A model generated the notes under the pieces. That model did not search any database, had not been told where the DNA came from, and worked only from the letters and a program-made list of their open reading frames with translations. Shown here piece by piece: positions 17,774 through 27,677 of a stretch of 64,000 nt of DNA; positions within the stretch are counted from its first letter, which is position 1, and each line of letters starts with the position of its first letter. The stretch covers positions 211,815 through 275,814 of the forward strand of contig CAZBAS010000001.1 in the NCBI GenBank assembly GCA_964490395.1, in the 5' to 3' direction. This DNA comes from an uncultured Candidatus Saccharibacteria bacterium (GTDB lineage: Bacteria > Patescibacteriota > Doudnabacteria > UBA920). The position numbers and the translations under genes are program-made.

Positions 17774-17870
17774 TCTGTCATTGCGAGCCGGCTTTGGGGC
17801 GCGGCAATCTCACACGTAGGTAAGCATAATATTATAGATTGCCACGTCGAGGACTCCTCGCAATGACAGA
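17774..17870 (+). ncRNA. structured element (14 bp outer stem + 8 bp inner stem) in the 5' leader of the TrpR/YerC-like gene; function unknown
   Basis: tctgtcattgcgag (17774-17787) pairs with ctcgcaatgacaga (17857-17870); inner ggcaatct/agattgcc; ends 13 nt before the start codon. Confidence 0.4.
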
Positions 17871-17882
17871 TAATACATTTTT

Positions 17883-18197
17883 ATGAAATGGGAAAGTGAA
17901 AAAACTGAAGAGTTGTTCCAGGCGGTGCTGGCTTTGCGGAATGCAGATGAAGCCAAGCGGTTTTTCCGTGACTTACTTACGGAAGCAGAGCTTATAGAGT
18001 TCGGCAATCGTTGGAAAGCTGCGCAAATGTTAGACCAAAACATTCCCTACACTGCCATCGTAGAAAAAACAGGCCTGAGCTCTGCCACCATTGCCCGTAT
18101 ATCCAAGTGGCTCAAATCCGGCAAAAACGGCTACCGCCTTATGCTGGACCGCTTAAACAAGCACCATCATACCCCTTCACTTTTGAGAAAGGGTTAG
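17883..18197 (+). CDS. TrpR-related YerC/YecD family DNA-binding protein
   Basis: 104 aa; FFRDLLTEAELIEFGNRWKAAQML...YTAIVEKTGLSSATIARISKWL matches TrpR/YerC HTH architecture. Confidence 0.65.
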   Translation: MKWESEKTEELFQAVLALRNADEAKRFFRDLLTEAELIEFGNRWKAAQMLDQNIPYTAIVEKTGLSSATIARISKWLKSGKNGYRLMLDRLNKHHHTPSLLRKG

Positions 18198-18225
18198 TTT
18201 AGTAGTGCATATGTACTAATAGCTT

Positions 18226-18260
18226 AACCTCTTCTCAAAAGAAGAGGTTTTTATTTTTTT
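18226..18260 (+). terminator. intrinsic terminator
   Basis: aacctcttctcaaaagaagaggtttttattttttt. Confidence 0.65.
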
Positions 18261-18514
18261 AGAGTTTTCGGATACTGATTTCAATGTTTTGAAGCTAGTA
18301 TCCGGCGACCCTGCCCAACATCTTTTGTGCCTTTGGGCGAATGCGAAAGATTATGTTGGCGGCAAGTCGGAAAGGAGGAGTTATGCACGACTAACTCTAA
18401 AACCGAGTAAAACTCGGTAGAACGAAACAGGGGCAGTTGATACAGGATGTAGTATCAACTGCCCACTGCCTTATTTCCAAGAACGTTTGTGCATGCTATA
18501 CCTATACTACTATT

Positions 18515-19477
18515 ATGGAACTCATATATCCTAGAAAACTAAATAAGGGAGATGTTATTCGAGTTATTGCGCCCTCGTGTGCCAGGTCTACTATTGATCC
18601 GCAGGTAATACAAAAAGCAGAGGGGCAGTTTGAAAAACTTGGCCTGCACGTAACGTGGGGAGCAAGCATTGGCGAGACAGATATCTTTGAGTGCGCGCCA
18701 ATTGCTGCACGTGTAGCTGACTTACACGATGCTTTCACCGACCCAAGTGTTAAGGGGGTGTTTGCAGTGCGCGGAGGGTGGAACGCAAACCAACTTTTGC
18801 AGTACATTGACTGGAGTTTGGTACGCGCGAATCCAAAAATTTTCTGTGGTTTTTCAGACATAACCATTTTACAAAACACCATGCTATCTCAAGCGGGTGT
18901 AGTGAGCTATTCGGGGCCGAATTTTGCCTCATTTGGGCGACCGGGTTTGCTGGAGTATACACTCGAGTATGTACAAAGGTGTTTATTTGAAAACGAGGTT
19001 TTTACTGTAGCGCCAAGTAAGGAATATTTTGATGCAGATGTGTTGGTGCCCAACCCTGGTTGGAAAGTATTTTCGGAAGGTGCTGCAGAGGGGCGCATTG
19101 TAGGAGGTAATTTGTGCACGTTGAATCTTTTGCATGGTACCCGCTACATGCCACGTTTGGTAGACAGCATATTGTTTTTGGAGGAAGATAGCGAGTCTAC
19201 TTACAAAACAGTAGATCGCGACTTTCAGTCTTTGCTGCATCTTCCCGATTTTAACCAAGTAAAAGGGTTGGTGCTTGGACGGTTCCAGCCGGGGACAGGT
19301 ATGAGTTCGGACCTTTTAGCGGAAATGATTCGAAGACGTCCAGAGCTGCAGCGCATGCCGGTTATAGCCAATGTGGACTTTGGTCACACCGAACCTAAAA
19401 TTACTTTTCCCATAGGCGGCGCTGTTCGGATTCGTGCTTCAGAAGATAACGCATCCATTGAAATTGTAAAACACTAA
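18515..19477 (+). CDS. LD-carboxypeptidase (peptidase S66, LdcA-like)
   Basis: N-terminal GDVIRVIAPS nucleophile-Ser region and C-terminal DFGHTEPKITFPIGG His motif; ORF opens at 18437 but the likely start is MELIYPRKL. Confidence 0.75.
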   Translation: MELIYPRKLNKGDVIRVIAPSCARSTIDPQVIQKAEGQFEKLGLHVTWGASIGETDIFECAPIAARVADLHDAFTDPSVKGVFAVRGGWNANQLLQYIDWSLVRANPKIFCGFSDITILQNTMLSQAGVVSYSGPNFASFGRPGLLEYTLEYVQRCLFENEVFTVAPSKEYFDADVLVPNPGWKVFSEGAAEGRIVGGNLCTLNLLHGTRYMPRLVDSILFLEEDSESTYKTVDRDFQSLLHLPDFNQVKGLVLGRFQPGTGMSSDLLAEMIRRRPELQRMPVIANVDFGHTEPKITFPIGGAVRIRASEDNASIEIVKH

Positions 19478-19508
19478 CCCTGCTTAACTTATACCCACCA
19501 GTATTTGA

Positions 19509-19550
19509 AAATACAACGTTTTTCGTGGCCACGAAAAACGTTGTATTTTG
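19509..19550. terminator. bidirectional intrinsic terminator between ldcA-like and uvrC (convergent)
   Basis: aatacaacgtttttcgtggccacgaaaaacgttgtatttt: 17 bp stem with T/A runs on both strands. Confidence 0.7.
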
Positions 19551-19570
19551 CTAGAGGCAATAGTGAAAGA

Positions 19571-21808
19571 CTACAGGCTTTTTTTAATTATTTCTGCTTT
19601 GGCTTTACCAACTAACTTTTCTAATTCTTCTAACTCTACTTCCTTTATTCTTGCTACTGAGCCAAACTTTAGTTTGAGGAGTTTTTTAGTTTTCGGGCCT
19701 ATGCCGGGGATGGTGTCGAGCGCAGATTTGGTCGCTTGTTTACTGCGAAGCTGGCGGTGGAAGGTTATACCAAAGCGGTGGGCTTCATCGCGTAGGCGCT
19801 GGAGTATCTGCAAGGCAAGTTCATCGTGACTAAGAATGATTGGTTCAGGGTTGTTAGGTAAAAATATTTCCTCAATGCGTTTTGCGAGGCCAATCATGGG
19901 AATAGCTGCTAGCTTAGAGCTGTTAGCTTCTAGTTCAGAGCCGTTATTGCTTTCTGCTTTTTCTTTCGCAGCTATCACTTCTGCCTGCGCTTCCAGCGCA
20001 GCGCTAAGCTGTCCTTTGCCACCATCTATAACTATTAAGTCCGGCCGCGGCCAGAGGTTTTGCCCCCCTCCTCTTGAGGAGGGGCTAGGGGAGGTCGTAG
20101 AGCTGTTTACTTTTTTGATCCGTTTACTATTTTTATCATCTGCTGTGACCCCCTCGAGCGCCCCCTCAAGAGGGGGAGGGCTCAGGTGCGCGAGTCTGCG
20201 AGTCAGTGTTTCCCGCATCATGGCAAAATCGTCCGGAGTGTCTTTGCTGCGGATTTTGAACTTACGATATTCTGACTTTGCTGGTTTGCCATCTATAAAC
20301 ACGACCATGCTGCCGACCGGGTTTGTTCCTTGGGTATTGGACATGTCGTAGCATTCAATGCGTCTGGGAAGCTCGGGCAGGCCCAGAAGCTTTTGAAGCT
20401 TTAGTAAGGCTTCGTGTAGTTTGTCTATATCTGTGGCGTCGCTTTCGAGCTGCTTGCGCACGCATTCCTCAGCGTTTAATTGTCCCAGTTTTATGAGTTG
20501 CAATAATTTTCCACGGTGGGGAATACTAATGGGGATACTCTTTCCTTTTCTTTGTGCAAGTAATTCAGTAATAAGTGAAAGTTCGGAAAGTGGGAACTGG
20601 GTGAAAATTTTATCAGGCAGGTCTGTGGTATCAGCGTAATACGTTTCCGAGAACGTTTGAATAATACGAGATTCCGTGTCTTGCTCTCCTCCTCTTGAGG
20701 AGGAGTTGGAGGAGGTCATAGAAACTTTTGATGTATTATTATGCTCTGCTACGACCTCACCTAGCCTCTCCTCAAGAGGAGAGGAACCAGACAAGATCGC
20801 TGGTGCGCCATACACAAAGTTTTCTTTGTCGGTGAGCCTACCGTCCCGTACTTTGAAAAGGTTTATGCAATACAGCCCACTTTGAATACCAAGTGAAATA
20901 AGATCGTAATTTACTTTGGTGGGGAACTGAGCTATTTGCCGCTCGTCTAGCAGCTCCAAAGCACGGAGCTGGTCGCGGAGCCTGGCTGCAAGCTCGAACC
21001 GGGTTTGTTCAGATGCTTCTTCCATGGCGCGCTGGACCTCTTGTTTTACTTCACGAGTCTTGCCATTTAAAAAGAGTTGTATGCGCTGCAAGTTTTTTTG
21101 ATACTCTTCAATGCTTATAGCTCCCACGCATATGCCAGGGCACCGATGTAGATGATAATAGAAACAGGGACGATTGCTAATTTCCGTGTTGGCGCAGTAG
21201 GGGAATATGCGGCGCACAAAATCGAGCGTCTCACGAATTTTGCGAACTGAAGAGTATGGCCCAAAGTACTGGTTATTTTTAGTGGGCGTGTGCAGAAGGG
21301 CATCTTCTGCAGCAGCTGCCCTTCTGGTCCCTGCTGCGGTTACGATTTTGCTCTTGACTTTCGACTTTATTATTTTCCGTTGGTGCTTGCCACTTCCCCA
21401 GGCAGCAGAAGGGTTTAAAAAGACTTGTAGCTCTCTATCTTCTTCAATTTTTCGCGCATAGCCTATTTGAGGGATTTGCGTGCCGTAGTCTATAACTATG
21501 AATGCATAGTTTTTGTCGTCTTTGAGTTTAATGTTGTACTTTGGCGAGTGTTTTTTTATGAGTGTGTTTTCCAGGAACAGCGCCTCTAGCTCGGTACGCG
21601 CAACTATGTAGTCTATGTCTCGTGCATCCTCTATTAAAAACGGCAACTGTGGTCGTTTATCCTGCCCAAAATACTGGCTTACGCGTTTGCGCAAGTCTTT
21701 GGCTTTGCCCACATATAAAACTAACCCAGCTGCATCTTTAAATAGATAGCACCCAGGGCTATGGGGAAAATGAGTAATTTGTTGCTTAAGTTCTGGCATT
21801 TGTGCCAT
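19571..21808 (-). CDS. uvrC: excinuclease ABC subunit C (UvrC) carrying two in-frame repeat-derived insertions
   Basis: GIY-YIG N-terminus (CYLFKDAAGLVLYVGKAKDLRKRVSQY), UvrBC, RNase H-like and C-terminal HhH domains; 745 aa versus ~600 typical. Confidence 0.9.
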   Translation of the reverse strand: MAQMPELKQQITHFPHSPGCYLFKDAAGLVLYVGKAKDLRKRVSQYFGQDKRPQLPFLIEDARDIDYIVARTELEALFLENTLIKKHSPKYNIKLKDDKNYAFIVIDYGTQIPQIGYARKIEEDRELQVFLNPSAAWGSGKHQRKIIKSKVKSKIVTAAGTRRAAAAEDALLHTPTKNNQYFGPYSSVRKIRETLDFVRRIFPYCANTEISNRPCFYYHLHRCPGICVGAISIEEYQKNLQRIQLFLNGKTREVKQEVQRAMEEASEQTRFELAARLRDQLRALELLDERQIAQFPTKVNYDLISLGIQSGLYCINLFKVRDGRLTDKENFVYGAPAILSGSSPLEERLGEVVAEHNNTSKVSMTSSNSSSRGGEQDTESRIIQTFSETYYADTTDLPDKIFTQFPLSELSLITELLAQRKGKSIPISIPHRGKLLQLIKLGQLNAEECVRKQLESDATDIDKLHEALLKLQKLLGLPELPRRIECYDMSNTQGTNPVGSMVVFIDGKPAKSEYRKFKIRSKDTPDDFAMMRETLTRRLAHLSPPPLEGALEGVTADDKNSKRIKKVNSSTTSPSPSSRGGGQNLWPRPDLIVIDGGKGQLSAALEAQAEVIAAKEKAESNNGSELEANSSKLAAIPMIGLAKRIEEIFLPNNPEPIILSHDELALQILQRLRDEAHRFGITFHRQLRSKQATKSALDTIPGIGPKTKKLLKLKFGSVARIKEVELEELEKLVGKAKAEIIKKSL
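20063..20180. repeat. ~115 bp palindromic element inserted in frame in uvrC, copy 1
   Basis: ccccctcctcttgaggaggggctaggggaggtcgtagag ... ctgctgtgaccccctcgagcgccccctcaagagggggaggg; encodes PPPLEGALEGV...SPSPSSRGGGQ. Confidence 0.65.
20684..20786. repeat. ~105 bp palindromic element inserted in frame in uvrC, copy 2
   Basis: ctctcctcctcttgaggaggagttggaggaggtcatagaaac ... ctgctacgacctcacctagcctctcctcaagaggagagg; encodes SSPLEERLGEVV...SSRGGEQ; termini are mutual reverse complements. Confidence 0.65.
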
Positions 21809-21898
21809 AATTATAGCAAATAAAGACCACTACGCGGTGGTCGATTTTATTGGTAAAGGGGGAACTTTTAAAGTTCTTTTTGTCTCTGGAGGATAAAG

Positions 21899-22219
21899 AT
21901 GATTGCATTTAGAGTAATTGCCTTAGTGTTAACCCTTTGGGCTTACTTTCTCGGCATTGTAGTCGTGGGTACAGGTAAACTGTCATTGGATGCCGGAGTG
22001 TTCTTTGGCGAGCCGTTATGGTATCAGTTGCCTCAGGCGTGGTCAGGACCGCAGCAGTTGTACCTAATTGTGCTTGGCGGCGCAGTGGGTTTTTTGGGGT
22101 CTATGATTTTTCCCAAAATGCGAGAGAACTCTATGTACTGGGGCCCCGTCACAATGTTGGTTGGCCTATCTGGGCCAGCAACGGCGATGATTTTGGGAAA
22201 CCTATTGCGGCCGCTTTAA
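21899..22219 (+). CDS. hypothetical small membrane protein (3 TM)
   Basis: 106 aa hydrophobic ORF, no recognised motif. Confidence 0.35.
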   Translation: MIAFRVIALVLTLWAYFLGIVVVGTGKLSLDAGVFFGEPLWYQLPQAWSGPQQLYLIVLGGAVGFLGSMIFPKMRENSMYWGPVTMLVGLSGPATAMILGNLLRPL

Positions 22220-22299
22220 GCGGTTTAGAAAGGAGGTCTGAGTGACCAGTGCGCTCAGGTAGTCCCTGATGCGACAAAAGATCTTTGCACGTAAGAGGG

Positions 22300-22333
22300 G
22301 CAGTGGAACGATGGCGTTCCACTTTTTTGTTTC
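22300..22333 (+). terminator. intrinsic terminator
   Basis: cagtggaacgatggcgttccacttttttgtttc. Confidence 0.55.
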
Positions 22334-22439
22334 TCCAGATGATATATTCCTGAGTAATTTATGATTGTACACAGGACTCTTGATAGTTTGCCAAATTTGT
22401 GCTAAGGTGTACATTAGTTCAATTAATGGCGACACGAAT

Positions 22440-22530
22440 CTACGAATATACCACCCTAATGACGCGAATAAATACAGCGTGATTGGGAATTATTCGTATC
22501 ATTCGTGTGCGATTCGTATATTGGGGTCGC
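22440..22530. promoter_or_regulatory. cluster of TACGAATA / TATTCGTA inverted motifs upstream of uvrA (candidate operator)
   Basis: tacgaatata (22444), cgaataaata ... aattattcgtatcattcgtgtgcgattcgtatat (22470-22525). Confidence 0.3.
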
Positions 22531-22533
22531 TTT

Positions 22534-25392
22534 ATGAGTAAAGAAACCAAAGATTCATCCAAATTCATTTGTATACGTGGCGCACGGCAGCACAACTTAA
22601 AGGGTATAGACATAGATCTGCCGCGCAATAAGCTGGTGGTTATAACGGGACTTTCCGGAAGCGGTAAGTCTAGTTTGGCGTTCGACACTATATATGCCGA
22701 AGGCCAGCGACGCTACGTAGAGTCGCTTTCCGCATATGCCCGCCAGTTTATTGGGCTGATGGATAAGCCGGATGTGGACAAGATTGAGGGGTTATCACCG
22801 GCAATATCCATAGATCAGAAATCTGCCTCACACAATCCTCGTTCTACCGTGGGTACGGTTACTGAAATATACGACTACATGAGACTGCTGTGGGCCCGCG
22901 TGGGTACGCCGCATTGTCCAGTGTGTGGAAAGAAAATAACTGGGCAAACTATAACATCCATGACAGACCAGCTTTTGGGCCTGTCCACTGGTACGCGCAT
23001 TATGCTGCTTGCGCCTTTTGTGCGTGACCAAAAAGGGGAGCACAAGTTGGTCTTTGAAAATGTCCGCAAGGCTGGTTTTGCTCGCGTGCGTGTTGATGGT
23101 GCAGTCATGGACCTAAACGAAGCGCTTACACTGAATTTAGATAAGCAAAAAAAGCATACTATAGAAGTAGTGGTGGACCGTATTGCCATTACCCCCGAAG
23201 ATAGGGGCCGTTTGGCTGAAAGTTTGGAGAAAGCAGCCGACCTTGGCGATGGCTTGGTAGTGGTGCTTACCGTAGACGAAAAAGGGAAAACGCTTGGTGA
23301 GTCGCTCATGTCGCAGAATTTTGCGTGTCCGGAAGGTCACATACAAATGACCGAACTTGACCCACGCAACTTTAGTTTTAATAGCCCCCACGGTGCCTGT
23401 GAAGAGTGTAAGGGTTTGGGTAACAAGCTCATAGTAGAACCGGAGTTAGTTATTCCAAATACCAAACTGACTTTAGCAGAAGGGGCCATACGCCCCTGGA
23501 GTAAAACCGTAGGCAGGCAAACCTGGTACATGCGCGTGCTTCAAGCCTTGAGCAAAGAGTATGGTTTTTCTATTGAGGTGAAAGTAAAGGACTTACCGAA
23601 AAAATATTTGGATATAGTACTCTACGGAACTGGTGAAAAGAAAATAAAAATGCCTATGGACTATGGGCAGAACTCATACGAAGCAGTATTCGAAGGAGTT
23701 ATTCCAAACCTTGAGCGTCGCTACCGCGAAACAGACTCCGACTTTATGCGCGGCGAAATAGAAAACTATATGCGCGTGCGGGTGTGTCCTACCTGTGGTG
23801 GTAAACGTTTGAAGCCCGAGGTGCTTGCGGTGACAGTCGGTGGTAAAGGCATAGTAGACGTATCTGCACTTAGCATAGAAAACAGCGCGGAGTACTTTGA
23901 AAAACTTCCCAAAGAACTTTCTGCTAAAGAACTGGCTATAGCAAAGCTTATTCTTAAAGAAATAAGCGCTCGCTTGTCGTTTTTGCTGAATGTGGGTTTG
24001 TCGTACCTCACGCTGGACCGTACCGCAGACACATTGAGCGGTGGTGAGGCGCAGCGCATTCGCTTGGCCACCCAGATTGGTAGCGGGCTTACGGGTGTGT
24101 TGTATATTCTCGATGAACCATCCATTGGTCTGCACCAGCGAGACAATACTCGCTTGCTTTCTACCCTCAAAAACCTGCGTGACCTTGGTAATACCGTAAT
24201 AGTAGTAGAGCACGATGAAGAGACCATGCGCGAAGCAGACTGGTTAGTAGACATAGGTCCTGGGGCCGGGAAGCACGGGGGAGAGTTAATCGCAGAAGGT
24301 ACGCCAAAGGAAGTAGAGAAGAATCCAAAGTCTGTAACTGGACAGTACCTCTCGGGTAAAGAATTTATAGACGTTCCTAGGCGGAGGCGTGCTGGCAACG
24401 GTCGCAAGTTGTCCATCATAGGCGCGTCCGAATTTAACTTAAAAGATGTAAACATAGATATACCGCTTGGTAAATTCATATGTATTACCGGTGTATCTGG
24501 CAGCGGTAAATCAACGCTCCTGAACGACATTTTAGCAAAACACCTTGGTAACTATTTCTACGACAGCAAAGACGAACCAGGCAAGTTTAAAAAAATACTG
24601 GGCATAGACAACATAGATAAGTTCATAAACATAGACCAGAGTCCCATTGGTCGTACTCCACGCAGCAACCCTGCTACGTACACGGGCCTGTTTACGCCTA
24701 TTCGCGACTTGTTTGCAGAGACTCGGGAAGCAAAAATGAAAGGCTATTCTGCTGGTCGTTTTAGCTTTAACGTCAAAGGCGGCCGCTGCGAAAAGTGTGC
24801 TGGCGATGGTGTTATAAAAGTAGAAATGAACTTCTTACCCGACGTGTACATTACGTGTGAAGAGTGTAAAGGCAAGCGCTATAATCGCGAGGCACTGGAA
24901 ATTCACTACAAAGAGAAAACCATTTCCGATATATTGGAAATGACGGTAGACGAAGGAGCTGCGTTCTTTGCGCACATTCCATCTATTAAAAAGAAACTCG
25001 AAACTCTTTCCGAAGTGGGTCTTGGGTATATGCACTTAGGACAGAATGCTACAACGCTTTCTGGTGGTGAGGCGCAGCGTATAAAACTCGCCACAGAGCT
25101 TTCACGTGCCTCTACCGGACAGACGCTCTATATACTCGACGAGCCTACCACCGGTCTCCACTTTGCAGATGTAAAGCGTTTAATTCATGTACTGAATAAA
25201 CTGGTTGAAAAAGGAAACACGGTAGTAGTGATTGAACATAACCTCGACATGATAAAAACTGCTGACTGGCTCATAGACCTTGGTCCTGAAGGGGGAGACA
25301 AAGGCGGACAAATTGTTGCAGTTGGCACCCCAGAAGATGTGGCGAAAGTAAAAGGTAGCTACACCGGTCAGTACTTGAAAAAGATGCTGTAG
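22534..25392 (+). CDS. uvrA: excinuclease ABC subunit A (UvrA)
   Basis: Two ABC ATPase modules ([20 protein letters not shown]; LSGGEAQR signatures x2), zinc-finger CxxC pairs; start at [23 protein letters not shown]. Confidence 0.92.
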   Translation: MSKETKDSSKFICIRGARQHNLKGIDIDLPRNKLVVITGLSGSGKSSLAFDTIYAEGQRRYVESLSAYARQFIGLMDKPDVDKIEGLSPAISIDQKSASHNPRSTVGTVTEIYDYMRLLWARVGTPHCPVCGKKITGQTITSMTDQLLGLSTGTRIMLLAPFVRDQKGEHKLVFENVRKAGFARVRVDGAVMDLNEALTLNLDKQKKHTIEVVVDRIAITPEDRGRLAESLEKAADLGDGLVVVLTVDEKGKTLGESLMSQNFACPEGHIQMTELDPRNFSFNSPHGACEECKGLGNKLIVEPELVIPNTKLTLAEGAIRPWSKTVGRQTWYMRVLQALSKEYGFSIEVKVKDLPKKYLDIVLYGTGEKKIKMPMDYGQNSYEAVFEGVIPNLERRYRETDSDFMRGEIENYMRVRVCPTCGGKRLKPEVLAVTVGGKGIVDVSALSIENSAEYFEKLPKELSAKELAIAKLILKEISARLSFLLNVGLSYLTLDRTADTLSGGEAQRIRLATQIGSGLTGVLYILDEPSIGLHQRDNTRLLSTLKNLRDLGNTVIVVEHDEETMREADWLVDIGPGAGKHGGELIAEGTPKEVEKNPKSVTGQYLSGKEFIDVPRRRRAGNGRKLSIIGASEFNLKDVNIDIPLGKFICITGVSGSGKSTLLNDILAKHLGNYFYDSKDEPGKFKKILGIDNIDKFINIDQSPIGRTPRSNPATYTGLFTPIRDLFAETREAKMKGYSAGRFSFNVKGGRCEKCAGDGVIKVEMNFLPDVYITCEECKGKRYNREALEIHYKEKTISDILEMTVDEGAAFFAHIPSIKKKLETLSEVGLGYMHLGQNATTLSGGEAQRIKLATELSRASTGQTLYILDEPTTGLHFADVKRLIHVLNKLVEKGNTVVVIEHNLDMIKTADWLIDLGPEGGDKGGQIVAVGTPEDVAKVKGSYTGQYLKKML

Positions 25393-25453
25393 TATGCTAT
25401 AATGCATAAAAGTTACCAAGCTTACAGAAACAAAAAATTAACTCTACAAATAT

Positions 25454-25876
25454 ATGGCAGAAGTATGGGACGCGAGTCGAGAGGCGGAAGCTGCTGAAAT
25501 CGCCAAGGGGTCACAGCTTAAGCATTCTGAATTCATTGGCAAGTTTGATGGTGAAGATAGAAATGAGGCTCGAAAGGCGGTTTGGGCGGCGAGGGACAAG
25601 CTGCAGGCAGAGAGGGCTCAACAGGGAGCAGAGTCAGTCAAGACTGATGAAGCGTTGGCGCAAGCTAGGGAGGTGATAAATAATGGACCGGAAGCGACAT
25701 CACTGACTCAAAGATTTGGTAAGCCCGAGCGGCTTGACCTATCGGTCGGTCAAGGTGCTGGTTTGATATATCGAAGCAGTGATAAAGGCACTGATCAGCG
25801 TAGAAATGCGCCTGCACAATTGCATAAAGATAGGCCTGATGATCCAACGGGTCGGTCTGCAGAACTTTATAACTAA
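25454..25876 (+). CDS. hypothetical charged protein, locally GC-rich relative to neighbours
   Basis: 140 aa, no motif recognised; followed by terminator. Confidence 0.35.
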   Translation: MAEVWDASREAEAAEIAKGSQLKHSEFIGKFDGEDRNEARKAVWAARDKLQAERAQQGAESVKTDEALAQAREVINNGPEATSLTQRFGKPERLDLSVGQGAGLIYRSSDKGTDQRRNAPAQLHKDRPDDPTGRSAELYN

Positions 25877-25887
25877 ATCATAAAAAA

Positions 25888-25917
25888 TAAAAACTACAGG
25901 AGTAGTTTTTATTTTTT
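25888..25917 (+). terminator. intrinsic terminator
   Basis: aaaaactacaggagtagtttttattttttat. Confidence 0.6.
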
Positions 25918-25997
25918 ATGATATGGATAAGCGCGCGAACAGTAGAGATTTCCTATGTTTGCATGCTTAGATGACGAAGTGTTTATATGAATAGTCT

Positions 25998-27638
25998 CTA
26001 TCCAAACGTAAACGTATAACCTTCGAACCCAGCTTCGGGAATAGTTATTTCAAGCACATGGTCACCATAATCTTCTGTGTCGAAGAGTGTGTAGAGACTT
26101 GCATCTTGAATATTTATAACGCGAGCAGGGTAGTTATCTACACGCACGGTTATACTTTGCGCTTTTGGGCTTGCTGCGACTAAATGTACTTTGCCAGCAT
26201 TGAAATGAAGTTTTATGGTGCCGTTATTTTTAGCGAGCACTATTTTTTCTGGCTGAATGTCCCAGGTGCCGCCAAGTGCGAATTTGTTTGGGGCTAAGTA
26301 GTTGGGAATAACAAAATCTTGTACGCCAGCTTGGTCTTTACGACCATTGCTGAGGAACTCTTGGCGGGAATAGCCAAAATATGTTTCCGGTGTTTTGGCT
26401 TTTCCTGGCCCGTCCGTTTTCACCTCTGTGAGTGGGCCGTGCATGCCAAGGAGCTGCTGAATTGCTTCTTCGGTTTTGTCGTAATTGCCTTCACCAAAAT
26501 GGGTTTCTACTATGGCGCCATCTTTATTTAGTAAATAGTGGGCGGGCCAGTAGTGGTTGTTATAAGCGGTCCACGTGCCGTAGTTATTGTCCTGCGCTAC
26601 TGGGTAGTGAATGCCGAATTGTTTTATGGCCTTGGCTACATTGTCCGTTTCTTTTTCAAAGGCAAATTCTGGGGTATGCACGCCTATCACTACAAAGCCT
26701 TGGTCTTTGTAGGTGTCGTACCACTTAGTTACATAGGGGAGTGTGCGTATACAGTTAATGCAGGAGTAGGTCCAAAAATCTATAAGTACGACTTTGCCTT
26801 TTAAGTCTTGCAAGGTCAGAGGCTTGTCTGTGTTGAGCCAATTCGTAATACCGGAAAATTCGGGTGCGGGACCTAAATTTTTTAGATCTGCGTCTTCTGC
26901 TTGTTGGGTATTGTTCAGCTTGTCCTGTATGGATTGTTCAAGTTTGGTACCAATTCCAGGGATTTTGTCGAGCAGAGCGCTTTGTAGTTTGGTGTCGTAT
27001 TGAAAATAGATAGCTACCGCGAGCAGTATAAGAATTACTCCAAACACTTGCTGAAGTCTGGTCGCATATTTTGCTATGCCCCGTACGCGTGTAGTTACAG
27101 CCTGACCACCATAGGCAATGGCAAGCATGGGCAGGCCTGCGCCTACCGCGTATGCAAGGAGGAGAAGTGCAGCTTTCCCAAAATTTGCTTGTTGAGCTAT
27201 GAGCGTTAAAATAGACGCCAAAATAGGTCCAGCACACGGTGCCCAGACAATGCCTATAACTACTCCTGTAATGAAGCCGCCAAAGTTTCCTGTACCTGCC
27301 TCTTTGCTTGTTTGTGCAGCTTTATTAATGAGCCCAGTCATATGGGCTGTAAGCTTTTCAAAAGGAGTCGGCCAAATCATGAATACCGCAAACAATGCGA
27401 GTAGCACTGCCCCTGCATTATGTATAGTTGTGGCCGATACTCCCAAGTGTTGCACAATGTAGTTAATTCCAATGCCGAGGACGGCAAACGTAACCACGAA
27501 ACCCGCTGTTATAAACAATGGTCGTGTTTTACTTTTTTGTCCCACCGAAGACCCTAAGAGGATAGGAAGGGGAAGGAGTATGCATGGTGCGGCAATAGTG
27601 AGTATGCCGGCGACTAGGGCGAGAAGGATCTCAATCAT
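25998..27638 (-). CDS. fused cytochrome c biogenesis CcdA/DsbD-type membrane thiol-disulfide transporter + TlpA/ResA-like thioredoxin domain + C-terminal domain
   Basis: CcdA cysteines AAPCILLP and WAPCAGPIL in TM region; periplasmic thioredoxin fold with WTYSCINC active site. Confidence 0.7.
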   Translation of the reverse strand: MIEILLALVAGILTIAAPCILLPLPILLGSSVGQKSKTRPLFITAGFVVTFAVLGIGINYIVQHLGVSATTIHNAGAVLLALFAVFMIWPTPFEKLTAHMTGLINKAAQTSKEAGTGNFGGFITGVVIGIVWAPCAGPILASILTLIAQQANFGKAALLLLAYAVGAGLPMLAIAYGGQAVTTRVRGIAKYATRLQQVFGVILILLAVAIYFQYDTKLQSALLDKIPGIGTKLEQSIQDKLNNTQQAEDADLKNLGPAPEFSGITNWLNTDKPLTLQDLKGKVVLIDFWTYSCINCIRTLPYVTKWYDTYKDQGFVVIGVHTPEFAFEKETDNVAKAIKQFGIHYPVAQDNNYGTWTAYNNHYWPAHYLLNKDGAIVETHFGEGNYDKTEEAIQQLLGMHGPLTEVKTDGPGKAKTPETYFGYSRQEFLSNGRKDQAGVQDFVIPNYLAPNKFALGGTWDIQPEKIVLAKNNGTIKLHFNAGKVHLVAASPKAQSITVRVDNYPARVINIQDASLYTLFDTEDYGDHVLEITIPEAGFEGYTFTFG

Positions 27639-27643
27639 AGGTT

Positions 27644-27661
27644 AGAGGTTACAGGTTAGAG
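27644..27661. repeat. 18 bp inverted repeat, left arm (agaggttacaggttagag)
   Basis: Perfect reverse complement of 28043-28060. Confidence 0.7.
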
Positions 27662-27677
27662 GGTAGAGTGAAAGACT

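Noticed and set aside
23766-24530. 254 aa minus-strand ORF (and similar long antisense ORFs at 60889-61956 in ftsZ, 31542-32195 in dnaK, 19836-20351 in uvrC)
   Set aside because: These are shadow ORFs on the opposite strand of well-supported conserved genes, with skewed Ser/Arg-rich composition typical of antisense frames.
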